NCBI RefSeq assembly: GCF_009914755.1
Contig: NC_060947.1
Length of the DNA stretch: 64,000 bases
Reading direction: 5' to 3' (one strand)
From: the human T2T-CHM13v2.0 reference genome, Homo sapiens
Under the pieces are notes generated by a model. It worked only from the letters and a program-made list of their open reading frames with translations. It had not been told where the DNA came from and did not search any database. A program made the position numbers and the translations under genes. This document shows positions 26,861 through 39,438 of the stretch, in pieces; the stretch's first letter is position 1; every line of letters begins with the position of its first letter.

Positions 26861-28776
26861 TGATGTGCTGAGTCATCAGCTACTTCCTGATGCCAGTTTT
26901 ATTGGAGCCAAATGTGCTTGCTGTATTAGTGCTCATGGCAGAGCCAAGCCATGGATCATGCTTGGAGAAGATGTTATCTCTAGGCAGTCACATGGACAAC
27001 TGTACTTTGCACCTGCTTGGTGACACTTGTATGTAATCTTATGTTTTGCTCCAAAGTAAATGGGGTACTTTACTCCCCACTCAACTGTGGGAGCTCATTA
27101 AGAAGAGAGTATGTCTTACTTTCCGATGTCCTTTATGCTATCTTTGCATGTGGCAGGTGTCCAATAAATATTGATAGAAAATAATTAAACCATCATCTAA
27201 CAAGATAAATCAGCATAAGATAAGGAATTGGGATTCTTTTTTCCTTTTTCCAACCTTTCAATTAAGTGAAACCAACATAGACATGTAAGCTGGGAAGATT
27301 TTGAGCCTGGTTTTTCTGATTTCAATTGTGTTGTTAGTGAACACATCCTGATATTGTAATATGACAGAAAAGGACATTTAAACAAACAATGATATGTGCA
27401 GCCAAAGATCCATGATCTCATGTTTTGATTCCAATCTTATAAACACTTGAAAGTAGCTTTATAGGTATCTTGGGCTAAGACACCTCTGAGAGAGCATATA
27501 GTTCTTGTGCAGTCATTGGAAAGAAAACACAGTATCCTATTCCAATAAAAGTTTCAGACAGGGCAGTAAATCAGGCTTGCCTTCCAGAATGCAACATTAG
27601 GCCATTGGTTTGGGCATAACATTTGGTAATATCATTGAGACACTGAAGGTGATCACCATAACCCACATATATCTGCAGTTCTAAGGGCAGCTTTATGTTG
27701 AAGCCAGAACATGACGATGGCATGCAGTTTTCTGTTGTTGTTGTTGTTGTTTTACCTCATATGGTGAAGACCATAGAGACTACCAGCCAGTAACCCATTA
27801 ACAAGATTAACCTTTGCCTTGACACCAGGGGAGTGACTTTTCTCAAAGCTCATAAAATATCTTTGCATCTCCACTGATAAGTTTGCAATGACAGTGGGGA
27901 AATTTCTTAAGTTATTTCACTCAGCTTAAAAATTTTTAAGAAGTCTGATTGCAAAAATGCTCATTGACCTTTCAATTACACTACTCCTTTCTCTTATTAG
28001 TGACAATGTTGCCAGCAGCAGTGAGGATGAGTGACCTAAAAAATGTGGGCTTTCATAATTCGGCCGATATTTTCAGTTTGTATTTAGGAGATTTTACTTC
28101 CAATTTTCTCCTGGCTTTTGCACCGCTTTAATTTCTCACAAGCTCTGGTTCCAGAATAGCTATGCCAAATTTGGTCATCCATGATGACAGTGTCATAAGT
28201 CATAGAAATATTGGGCTCCAAATTTCTTTGGAGAACAAATTCAGATTTAATGCTGCCAATACCCCATATTTCTTGGGAGAAATATGTGAAAATCTTTGGT
28301 TTCACTTATAGGAATACTCAAAGAAATGAATAAACTTGCCCATTTAAGAGGTTTACATTTACTGTATAGTCTCAATACTTTAAATTCTGATGATCTTGGA
28401 TTACACTGGGCTATTTCAACACTTAATTTTTCACAGTTTCTTGAGGCTTTCAAAAAAACAAATATACTTTTCAGGTACAAATAATTGATATGTTACAACA
28501 TTGATATAAGTATCTTCATAATTGAGCATCTTTCTATATTTGCTTTGCGCATAGCTGTCCAGTGAATTTTTTGAAAAGAATGAACAGTTCTATAAATATT
28601 TCTCTATATCCATCAGCCAAAATATGTTAAGGCCAGACTGTCACCTAGATAATTTTAAAACAGCATACTTCCAATTGTAAAATGCAGTTCAAACCACTCA
28701 TCATTTTCAGTCTTTTGGCATCTCTCTGGTCCACAGGTCTATGTTCTCATAGGCCAGCCCAGCTCCTAGGAATAGT

Positions 28777-29243
28777 CAGGTTGATCACAGTATTCAGCGA
28801 CTGTGGCTACAGAAAACAGGGGCTAGAATATCCCAGTGGAATGTCTAACAACTGGAAGGAGCATGTTGACAAGCAATCCCAGGAGCAGGCAGACAAGAAA
28901 TTTCAGGAAGGTTCTTCCCTGAGCTGGTGGGGAGCAAAAAAATATAGCCCTCCACCAGTGTAGGAAAACTAGAAGGGATGAAGATGGTACAGCCCTAGGG
29001 AGGCTGAGCTGATTCTAATTTACTGAGATTCAGATTGAACTCAAGAGATGAGCCAGTACGCTACAATTTGAGGTGGCTGTCCTGGGAACAAAGAAGAACT
29101 CCAGTTATATGACCCAGGGGCAAGATCAGAGCCAAAATGGCAGCCAGGAGGGCATGAGAGGATATTCTGGGTATTAAACCAGAATTCCTTAAATCCCCCC
29201 AACAAAGATAAAGGTTGGGTCTAGAAACTAGCATGAGATTAAA
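28777..29243 (+). repeat. Left arm of 467-bp inverted repeat
   Basis: Hand alignment to the reverse complement of 29743-30209: no indels, ~26 mismatches. Confidence 0.98.
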
Positions 29244-29279
29244 GTAAAGTGACTGTGCCAGGGTGACTTCAGTGGTGGC

Positions 29280-29619
29280 TGTTTTCACACTGCTTTAAGA
29301 AACACCTGAGACTGGGTCATTTATAAAGAAAAGCAGGTTCAATTGACTCATAGTTCACGTGGCTGGGAGGCCTCAGGAAACTTACAGTCATGATGGAAGG
29401 GGAAGCAAGGCACGTTTTACATGGTGGCAGGAGAAAGAGAGAGGAAGTAGTACACCTTTAAACCATCAGATCACATGAGAACTCATTCACTATCACGAAA
29501 ACAGGATGGGGGAAACTGCCCCCATGATCCAATCACCTCCCACCAGGTCCCTCCCTCAAGACGTGGGGATTACAGTTCGAGATGAGATTTGGGTGGGGGC
29601 ATAAAGGCCAACCATATCA
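29280..29619 (-). mobile_element. THE1 (THE1C/D-like) solo MaLR LTR in the inverted-repeat spacer
   Basis: 'cctgagactgggtcatttataaagaaaag...cctcaggaaacttacagtcatg...gatgagatttgggtgggg...accatatca'; 5-bp TSD gtggc at 29275-29279 and 29620-29624. Confidence 0.92.
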
Positions 29620-29742
29620 GTGGCCCTGTTTTCCAGGCCATATGAATGTTTACCCCACGCTGCAGGGCCCTCAATAGCTCCATTTTCTCCCGCGGCTGAG
29701 CCATTGTACTTTCTAGAAAAAGTCTTTCTTCATGACTGAAGG

Positions 29743-30209
29743 TTCAATCTTGTGCCAGTTTCCAGACCCAACCTTTATCTTTGTTGGGGGGATTTAAGGA
29801 ATTCTGGTTTAATACCCAGAATATCCTCTCATGCCCTCCTGGCTGCCATTTTGGCTCTGTTCTTGCCCCTGGGTCATATAACTGGAGTTCTTCTTTGTTC
29901 CCAGGACAGCCACCTCAAATTGTAGCGTACTGGCTCATCTCTTGAGTTCAATCTGAATCTCAGTAAATCAGAATCAGCTCAGCCTCCTTAGGGCTGTACC
30001 ATCTTCATCCCTTCTAATTTTCCTACAATGGTGGAGGGCTGTATTTTCTTGCTCCCCACCAGCTCAGGGAAGAACCTTCCTGAAATCTTTTGCCTGCCCG
30101 CTACTGGGATTGCTTGCCAACATGCTCCTTCCAGTTGTTAGACACTCCACTGGGACATTCTAGCCCCTGTTTTCTGTAGCCACAGTGGCTGGATACCATG
30201 ATCTATCTG
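29743..30209 (-). repeat. Right arm of 467-bp inverted repeat
   Basis: Reverse complement of 28777-29243 (paired positions sum to 58986 throughout). Confidence 0.98.
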
Positions 30210-30667
30210 TGTATTAGTTCATATTCTCCAAGAAGCCGATACCAAGACAAGATGAAGTGTGCAAGTATTTCATTAGGGGACATGCCTACATGAAAGGAAC
30301 TAGGAGGAAAATGGAGTAGGCCAGGAGAGCATTCAGTTTGTGATGCAAATTGACTTCCAGTGAAGGAGAGAGGAGGAAAAGATGGAAGCTCCTAGACTGT
30401 CCTTCTGGCTTAGGAAGGTTTGGGAAAGCCACCAAGGGCATCTTAGCCAAAGTCACCCATCAAAAAGGTACTGTGTCTCTTAGGAAAGGACCTGCCTTAG
30501 AATCCCCTCAGCCCCAATCACATTTAGCCATTGGTAGAGAACAGCCTGTGGGAAAGGGGCCTTGGCACATACCCACTGATAGATTTCAGAGTGCACTAGA
30601 TGGAGTTTCAGTCAATTACATCCCCTGGAGTCACAGGTGTGCCAGGTGCATGCTCATGACCTTCACA
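30210..30667 (-). mobile_element. LTR16C-like ERVL solo LTR
   Basis: TG...CA termini; 'tgtattagttcatattctccaagaagccgataccaagac', 'agccaaagtcacccatca', 'cctgccttag'. Confidence 0.78.
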
Positions 30668-31997
30668 ACTTGTCAGTTTGGACTTTCTTCCAGCACCCGA
30701 AGCTGGGTCTGTACCCCAAGGTGCTAGTCTCACTCTACAAACATGCTGTTTTACCTTCAGGTCCCAGTCTCTCCTAGCCTGCTTTATCCAGCTGGAATCA
30801 ACAGACAGCCAGGTCGGGCCTTATCATGAGCAGCGTTTTCAAGTGTGAATTCCTTCCTGGCATTTCTCCAGAAATTTATATGGACTTCTAAAACCCGAAT
30901 TCCAAGAAAAATTCATTGAAACATTGAGGGAATGAGAAAAAATGTTACAATTCTCCTTGAAAAGTTAAAACTGAACAATCAACACAAAGACATAACTGGT
31001 TTGATGGAAGCCACTGACAAAAAGTCAAAAGAGCAGGAAACTCTGACATGGAGTCAAAGATCAAGGCTGGAATTTCCAGAACCATGACAGGAGTACAGAA
31101 CAGTGGTCATGAGCTAATCAGTCAGCCTTTCTTGCAGCTGTTGCCATGTTATATGTGTGTGTTTGTTGCAGATAAAGTAAATATTAATAAGTTTATATGC
31201 ATAGTATGCTTTATAGAAATCATATGATTGCTCTTCCAAAAAAAATAACAAGTTTTTTAAGCAAAATAAGTCCTTTAACTGGCAGTTTCCACATATGACT
31301 CTGGGAAGTGATGTTAATTTTATTAGGAGATCTGAATGTGAGGTTATTCGTATATTACCCAATAATATTTGTCAGCATTTTTCAGTGTTTGAATATTTGT
31401 TATAAAACATAATTCTTGGTAAAAAAAAATAGTAAACTGAAAATTCCTTTTTATTACATCATTTTAATGTCCATAATAATAAGATATGAAGAATGGTGGA
31501 AGTATTTAAAGAATAACATATGACTTAGAATAATTTGTGAAATTTCCAAGAATTCCAGTATCTCATTCCAAGTCTTGAAGACTAGAAATACTGTGAGATA
31601 AAGCTTGGGAATTCTCCAGGATTGATTAGAGAAATGATGATGACTAAAATGAGACTGCTGTTTTCGCTTTTATCCAATCAGAACTCAATCCTCTTAGCCA
31701 ATCTAAACTTTAATCTCAGTGCTGTGAGCCTAATTTAACTGCTTCTTCAGAATAAGGAAAATAATTACACCATGCAAATTTCAATTGTGAATTTTCCCAA
31801 CTTAGGAAAAGATCAATAGTTTTAAATATTTGTCCTCTATAGGGCTTGGCAACAACATGGCTAAAAATAAAAGCGATATTACAACTAAAAAGAAAAACAC
31901 ACCACTATAGCCATGCTATTGCTGCAGAAATTTTCATATACTTGACCTCTGATTAACATGTCATCTCTCTAAAGAGCTATTCTCAATTTTACTCCAG

Positions 31998-32305
31998 TGT
32001 CTTAGTCTGCACAGGCTGCCATAACAAAATACCATGGACTAAGTGGCTTAAACAACATAAGTCTATTTCTCACAGCTCTAGAGGTTGGGGAGTTCAACAT
32101 CAAGGCACTGGCCAGTAGGGTTCCTGGTGTCTCTCTGAGGTCCTTTCTTATAACATCACTAATTTCATCATGAGGGCCCTACTCTCATGGCCTCACCTAA
32201 CCCTAATTATCTCCCAAGGACGCCATCTTAAATACCATCCTGTTGGGTTGTAGGGCTTCAACATGAGAACCTGGGGTGGAGGACACAAACATTTGGTTCA
32301 TAACA
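31998..32305 (-). mobile_element. MLT1A/MSTD-like MaLR LTR
   Basis: 'tgtcttagtctg..caggctgccataacaaaatacc...ggcttaaacaaca...ggacacaaacatt...cataaca'. Confidence 0.85.
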
Positions 32306-32664
32306 TCTGACATGGCTTTCTTGAGACCAGAACCAGCTCATGAAAAGAGTCCAATCAGGTAAGCATAACTGGGCAGTTCCTACCACTTCTCCTTGGTGCT
32401 CCTTATTCCCCCAGGAACCAGTCCCTTAGGGTCCTCATGGGGGGCCTCTCTCTGGGATTTGGGGAGCAACTGAAGGGGGCAGCACATTCCCACGTACAGA
32501 GGGCAGACCATGTGCAGGGGCTTCACAAACATCATCAACTTTCACCCTTCCAGCATCCCTGCTGGGAGCACCTCTTCCATTTTCAGAAGAGAGACATTTG
32601 GGGTTGAACCAGTTTCAATAATTCATATGCCCATGTCACAGAAAAAGTAAGGACTAGAGCTAGT

Positions 32665-33250
32665 CTTTTCTTAAAGATACAATTCAGATATTAGAGAATT
32701 CACCCTTTCAAATTATACAGTTCAGCAGTTTTTAGTATATTCATAACATGCAACCATCACCCCTATCGAATTTCAGAACATTTATATCACCCCTAAAAGA
32801 AATCCCATACCCTTTAGCAGTCACTCCTCATTCTTCCCTTTCCTTGGCTCCTGGCAACCACTTATTTACCTTCTGTTTCCATGGACTTGCCTATTTTAGA
32901 CATTTCATATAAATGGAGTCATACATGTTTTTTGTTATCTGGCTTCTTTCACTTAACATAAACATTTTCAAGGGTCATCTATGTTGCAGCATGAATCCCT
33001 ACTTCATTCCTGTTTATGGCTTAATAATATTCCATTGTATGGATATACCACTTTTAATTATCCATTTATCAATTGATAAACATTTGGGTTGTTTCCACCA
33101 TTTTGGCTTTTATGAATAATGCTGTTATGAACATTCATGTACAAGTTTTTGTACTGACATATGTTTTCCTTTCCCTTGGCTATATACCTTAGGAGTTGAA
33201 TTGCTGGGTCATATGGTAACTCTGTGTTTAACTTTTTGGAGAACTTCCGA
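32665..33250 (-). mobile_element. L1MB-type 3' end inserted into a MIR (~32490-33300)
   Basis: 'catgcaaccatcacccctatcgaatttcagaacattt', 'ggagttgaattgctgggtcatatggtaactctgtgtttaacttttt'. Confidence 0.88.
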
Positions 33251-33769
33251 CAGACCTAGTTTTGAACCAAAATACGTCTATGTTCTTTCCACCACATCAA
33301 GCAGTTATCACAACTTCGCTCAATCTTTGTTGCACATTCTAAGCACTTGGAGACCTTTGAAAATACTCTGAAGCCCAGGTGTCCCCTATGCAAGCGATTC
33401 TGATTTAATTGGTCTAAGGTGGGGCTTAGACACTGGTGTTTGTTCCTACTGGGAAGTCAAGGTGGAGAATCATAGCATTCCACTTTATGCATTCCAGATC
33501 TATGGACCTTTCAGCTGAGGTCAGTCTCCCTACTGTTGATAAAGGGAAATAACAGGCTAAACCACTCTGGGAAGGTGTTGCCCCTTTCTTGGCCACATCA
33601 TATTTTAACAGAGTAAAGATGCATATGTCTTTGAGCATTAGATTTGCCTTTGAAGCATGGTGAGGCTATGGTAGGCCGGCAGGCCCCTTGGTGCCTAGTG
33701 TGCATCCATGAAGGTAAGGGCCCATTACTTTTCCTGACGTCTGGGATAACATTATTGTCTGTGAACCTT

Positions 33770-33930
33770 GCGATAACCCTCTGAGATAGTGATTGTCATG
33801 ATCTCCATTTTGTAGATGAAAATGCTAAAGCTTGGAGAGTTTGAACCCCTTGCCTGAGGTCCTCAAGTGGTGGAGCTGGAATTCAAACCGCAGGCATCCA
33901 ACTCCAGAGTCCTCAGTCATAACTGATCTG
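33770..33930 (-). mobile_element. MIR
   Basis: 'aaccctctgagatag...ctccattttgtagatgaaaatgctaaagcttggagag...ggagctggaattcaaacc'. Confidence 0.8.
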
Positions 33931-34006
33931 TGATATTGACTCTATTCTAATAAACAACTTTAACAAAATCTGTGATATTGACTCTCTTCTAATAAACAAC
34001 TTTAAC
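33926..34006 (+). repeat. 39-bp tandem duplication (period 42)
   Basis: atctgtgatattgactct(a/c)ttctaataaacaactttaac twice, separated by aaa. Confidence 0.97.
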
Positions 34007-35049
34007 TTTATTCATCTTAATTACTGAAAAAATAATCACCAAACATAGTACTCTATATGACCAAAACCAAAATGAAACACTCTGGTGAGAAATGAACCAA
34101 AGACTTTGAAATCTGGCTAAAGGCATTAAGAAAATAAGTACTGATATCAGAAAATTTCAGATGTTCTGTCTTCCAAACTTATGTTGGGAACCTGACCCTA
34201 GAGCACAAGATATATTTTCCTTGTCCCCATGATGGATATATTTAATGATTCTTTTCTGGTCTGAGAATGGGGAATCTGATAATGCACCATATACAGTTAC
34301 ATTGTTCTGAGTCTGGGAGGACTTCTGAAGATTGAAAAGCTTACTAAAAGTTTACCAGCACAGTGCAGCCTAAGCTGCCATCTCCTTCCACCGACCAAAC
34401 CATATCAGTTTCAAAACCATCTCTCTCAGTAGCCTCTGGTTTTATTTAATTTACTGCATTTGGAATTTGATAAGTTCCTGGCTAGCTTTCACATTCTTTT
34501 TCATCCTAGTAATTCACGTATTATCTTTCAGCTTTCAATTCTTCGAATCTTCTCGTTACTCCTAGAGAAAAACTGCTTTAGTGTTTTATCCATTTAATGC
34601 CTCAAAAACATAGTCAAACATGGGGATATATATTCTTACCCCAAAATGTCTCTGTGGTCCAGGAACTCCTCAATGTCCAACATTTTGGGAGGTCCATTTT
34701 TTGTGCACACCCCCCAGTGAGGATCTACAGATGAAAGAGTGTCCCTACCCTACAGGAGCTCACATTTTTGTGGGACGAACAGACAACAGCCAGTTAAAAA
34801 ATAATATAGGCATTCCAATAGAGGTATGGTATGTGGTGCTGCCCAAACTCATGATTGAGGAAGCTTGCACAGACTGTGGAGGCCAAGGAATATATTTTTT
34901 AGGAGGCTGTGGGCCATGATGAGTAAACAGGGACAACTGCATCCCAGGAGGTGGGAGGCATCCCCAAAGCAACATCTGTGAAAGTAGATGTGATCTGACC
35001 ACAGACTGTGGGACATGGAATGAAGAGATATAAAATGGCTAATCCATAT

Positions 35050-35420
35050 ATAGTCTTACCATATGCCACTCATAGTTTTTCCTGCTTAATAACTGCTTGT
35101 TAATCCTCACAACTCCTGGGATATAGGTACTACTATTTAGAGATGAGGAAATGAAGGCAGAGAGAGGTCAGAGTGCCCAGTAAGGTATAAAGCTAGGATG
35201 CAAGCCCAGGCAGCCTGGAGCCAGAGTACACAGTTTAATTCTACCAGGCAGGTATGCAGAGCATGCATGAGATCATGACTGACTTTGCCAGTTCATTCCA
35301 TTCATTCATTCACTTGTTCATTCATTCATTCAGCACATATTCATGGAATGCTACTATATGGCAAGGATGGTAATAGACTTGAGGATAAAACAGACAAGGC
35401 CCTTGAATTCTATCCTTAAG
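35050..35420 (-). mobile_element. MIR followed by L2 3' end
   Basis: 'tagagatgaggaaatgaaggcagagagagg'; '(ttca)n...cagcacatattcatggaatgctactatatggcaag'. Confidence 0.75.
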
Positions 35421-35828
35421 GCAACGGTGTGGGCAGAGCAGTGGGTGGGCTGCCGTTTGACTAAGATACAAATGGAATAATAAGACATGGGCCCTGCCTT
35501 TTGGGTGCTCAAGGTCTAACAAGAGAGAATGCTGTAAGAACAGGAAACATTCCATTAAAAAAATTCGTTCAATATTATGGAAAGAAAATTTAGACTGAGC
35601 ATTGAACCTAACAAAAATTAATCTCAAAATGAGTAAGTGAGCAAAGATTGGTAAATAATAGGTTATTACGCAAATGGGAGAAAGTTGGAGATAGCTGATA
35701 CCAATTGAAAGGGAATGCAACTTGATATGAAAAGTGAAATGGAGCAGAGGCAGGACAAGCTTACAGGGCTGGCAAATGCCACCTGGAGGCACCATGAACA
35801 TGACTTGGTTCTCTATCAAAATCCTTCA

Positions 35829-36113
<285 letters not shown>

Positions 36114-38288
36114 AAGAGCCCACAAAATACATCAAGACTTCTCTTGGAATGTTCAAGGATGTTGCCAGCACATAGTTGTACCTGGAAGCCAGCCTCAAAA
36201 AGCTCTCTGGCTGACCAAGAGAAGAACTAAAGGAAGATAGTTACAAATTCTTCCACGAACATACCCAATTCATACCCTCTGGCCTTAATGACTTTGGCAG
36301 ACTGGGCACAAAACACATGACCCATCAGCTCCTGACTGACTGACTTGCCCCAATGTGAACCCCCACACCTCCACTCACCTCCCCTATCTCTTTCAAAACT
36401 TGCCAGTGACAGGAGAGAGGAAACTACTGGGCTCAGAACATTTTTTCTTAAAAATCTTTCCAAAGTTCCTTTTTAAACCGAAGCAGGGACAACACTTTAG
36501 GAAACTCTTTCCAAAGCAGATTTTTCTGCTTGACCAAAGGTATAATTTTTCCTCCAGGAAGTGAAGGCACCTCATGCTGGTGTAATCGAGTTTCCCTGGG
36601 AAGAAGCCGCTGCCCCCTGGGTGGTCATTGCTGTTGAAAAATTAAACACAGATGTTTGGCGGGTCGCCTCCCCATGCATCCCACTCTTTGTGTGTTTCCT
36701 CTTAGAGAGATGGGAGCAGATTCAGGACATCCCTGACATGCTGGGCCTACGTACTCATCAACACATCCATGCAGTTTGCTGTTATAGAAACCTCTGAAAC
36801 TAATTGGTCATCCAGTGAATCCATTGGGCACCACCATATTGGTTATCCCTTCTCTCAACCATCGTCCCAGCCAATGAACACAGCAGTATGCCCCTTCTTA
36901 TTTGAGGAATTATGAAAAAGCTTACGAATTTGTGAAATGCAATGCAGATTTTAAAGCTATAAAGCTATGTTCTTATTTACTCTTTTGGGAAATAAATGCC
37001 AATTATTTTAACCTGTCATACGAAGGGGAAATGAAAGGGTGAAGGTTGTTTCCCCAACATGGTGCTATTAAGTGAGGATCACGGATATTGACTTGTTAGT
37101 GCAGCCATCAATTAATAGTAATTTTTGAAAAATTATGAGCGGAAATAGGAATAAGTTAAACTTTTAAATCTCACCTTTACAAATATCCTACTAAGTCTTC
37201 TATCTTAAAATAAAAACATATTTATTCCTGTCCCTCTCAAGTTAGTCCATCCTTTATTTCCTGTCATTTATAACAAAACTTTTGAAAAACTATCTGGACT
37301 CCCTGAAGCCAATTTTTCTTTTCCCATGCATTTTATACTGCTTCAATTTATTTACCTCACTATAAAACTCATTTACATGAAAACCTCCCAAACACAAAGC
37401 AAATCAGCTCTGTTTTTCAGCTAATTTCATTTTCTTTCCAGTCCTCCACTCTCTAATTTTAGGACCACGCTGTAATCAGGCTTGTGCATCAGTGCAAGCT
37501 GGCTTCCTGTACTAGCTCATTGCAATGCTCTTCCTTGGTGGGTCCTTAAACAGGCCAATAAAATCATAGTAAAAGCACTGTCTACAACTTCATTCTGCAG
37601 CACAAATATTAATCTATTGTCAGTTATTATTTGCAGGCAGCAGTATTTTCTAGTATCAACAAATCTGTCCAAATCTGGTACGATGCCAAAAAACTCATCA
37701 TGACACACAATTAAAATACTGTGTTTCCACCCATTTTAGTCAGGGCCCATAAATAGAGTATGTGTACATATGTGTGCTGTGTACCCTTTAAGTATACAAA
37801 TGTCACTTAGTCATCTTGCACTTCTATAATTGTGCTCACTGAATGTGTTGCTTCCTTAATAATAACTGTAGGCTAGGGTGATTGATTGATTTGCAAGTGT
37901 ATTCACTCTCCAGTAGTAAACCCTGCAAGCAACTTTTGAGTAATTATGGGGTAAGGGAGGGAATAAGTCAAAGCTTTAAAATCACCTTCAAAACATGCAG
38001 TTATTTCTCCTATCTCCCAATTTTTCTCCAGATAGTGACACATTTCTCAACTTCCTTTTACAAGGAGACTCCTTCCAAGTGTTGTTTCTATTTCCTCTTT
38101 CCACTTTCCTGCCTCCCAGTCTTGTGAACCTCCTCTTTTCAAGCCATTGCAGCCACCAAAGCTGTTCTAATGAAGGATCACTAGTTACTTCAACATTACT
38201 ACATCTAACATTAGTTCTCAGTCCATATCAGGTGTGGCTCATGGGCAGCATTTTACAAAGCTCATCACTATCCCTGAAACACTTTCTA

Positions 38289-38642
<354 letters not shown>

Positions 38643-38741
38643 TCAGGATAGGCACAGGAAAACCATCTTGGTTTTTGTTCTGCTCCTCTGTTTCTCCTGA
38701 GCCTGCTTCACTGATCCCTTCTCCTCTTCCTTTCTTGTTCC

Positions 38742-39438
38742 CTTTTTTTTTTCAAATTAAGGTGAAATTCACATAACACAAAAGAAACCATTTCAAAGTG
38801 AACAATTATATGGCATTTAGTACATCCACAATGTTGTCCAGCCACCCACCTCTATCTAGTTTCAAAACAATGTTATCACTCCAAGACGAGATCCTGTATC
38901 CATAAAAAGGTCACTCAACATTCTCCCCTCCACCTAACCCCTGGTAACCACTAATCTGCTTTCTGTTTCTATGGATTTTATTATTCTGGTTATTCATATA
39001 AATAGAATATGTATTTATATGAATACATATTCCTATAATAGAATATGGACCACCCAGGTCCACACTACTGTTACTCTTTTCTGGATTATCACAATGGTCC
39101 CCTGACTGGTTTCTCTGCTTCTGCCAAGGTTGGGTTATAAAACACAAAAAGACACACACACACACACACACACACACACCCCAACATCAACTCCTCAGGA
39201 CTCTGTCTTTTTGGATGTTTTCACAAACTGTTAGCCTGCTTCTGATTATAAAAGATTTCATATGTCTTTTGTGTCTGGCTTCTTTCACTTAGCACAAGCT
39301 TTTCAAGGTACATCCATGTTGTCCTATGTGTCAGTACTTCATTCCTTTATGAATGAAGACTATTCTACTGTATAGATAGACCATAACTTGTTTCATCTGT
39401 TGATAGACATCTGGGTTGTTTACTTTTGTGCTATTTTG
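38742..39438 (-). mobile_element. L1MB-type 3' end interrupted by a templated insertion
   Basis: 'aattaaggtgaaattcacataaca', 'ggcatttagtacatccacaatgttg', resumes 'tcttttgtgtctggcttctttcacttagc' after 39259. Confidence 0.88.
39046..39259 (+). repeat. Dispersed direct copy of 39872-40077
   Basis: Hand alignment: 4 substitutions plus an 8-bp longer (AC)n. Confidence 0.98.

Noticed and set aside
30761-30812. Candidate 52-bp exon (ttttaccttcag|...cag|gtcggg)
   Set aside because: Good acceptor but weak donor, no partner exons; cannot be supported without transcript data.
35322-35819. 165-aa minus-strand ORF
   Set aside because: Non-ATG start, ends in an L2 tail, no recognisable homology.
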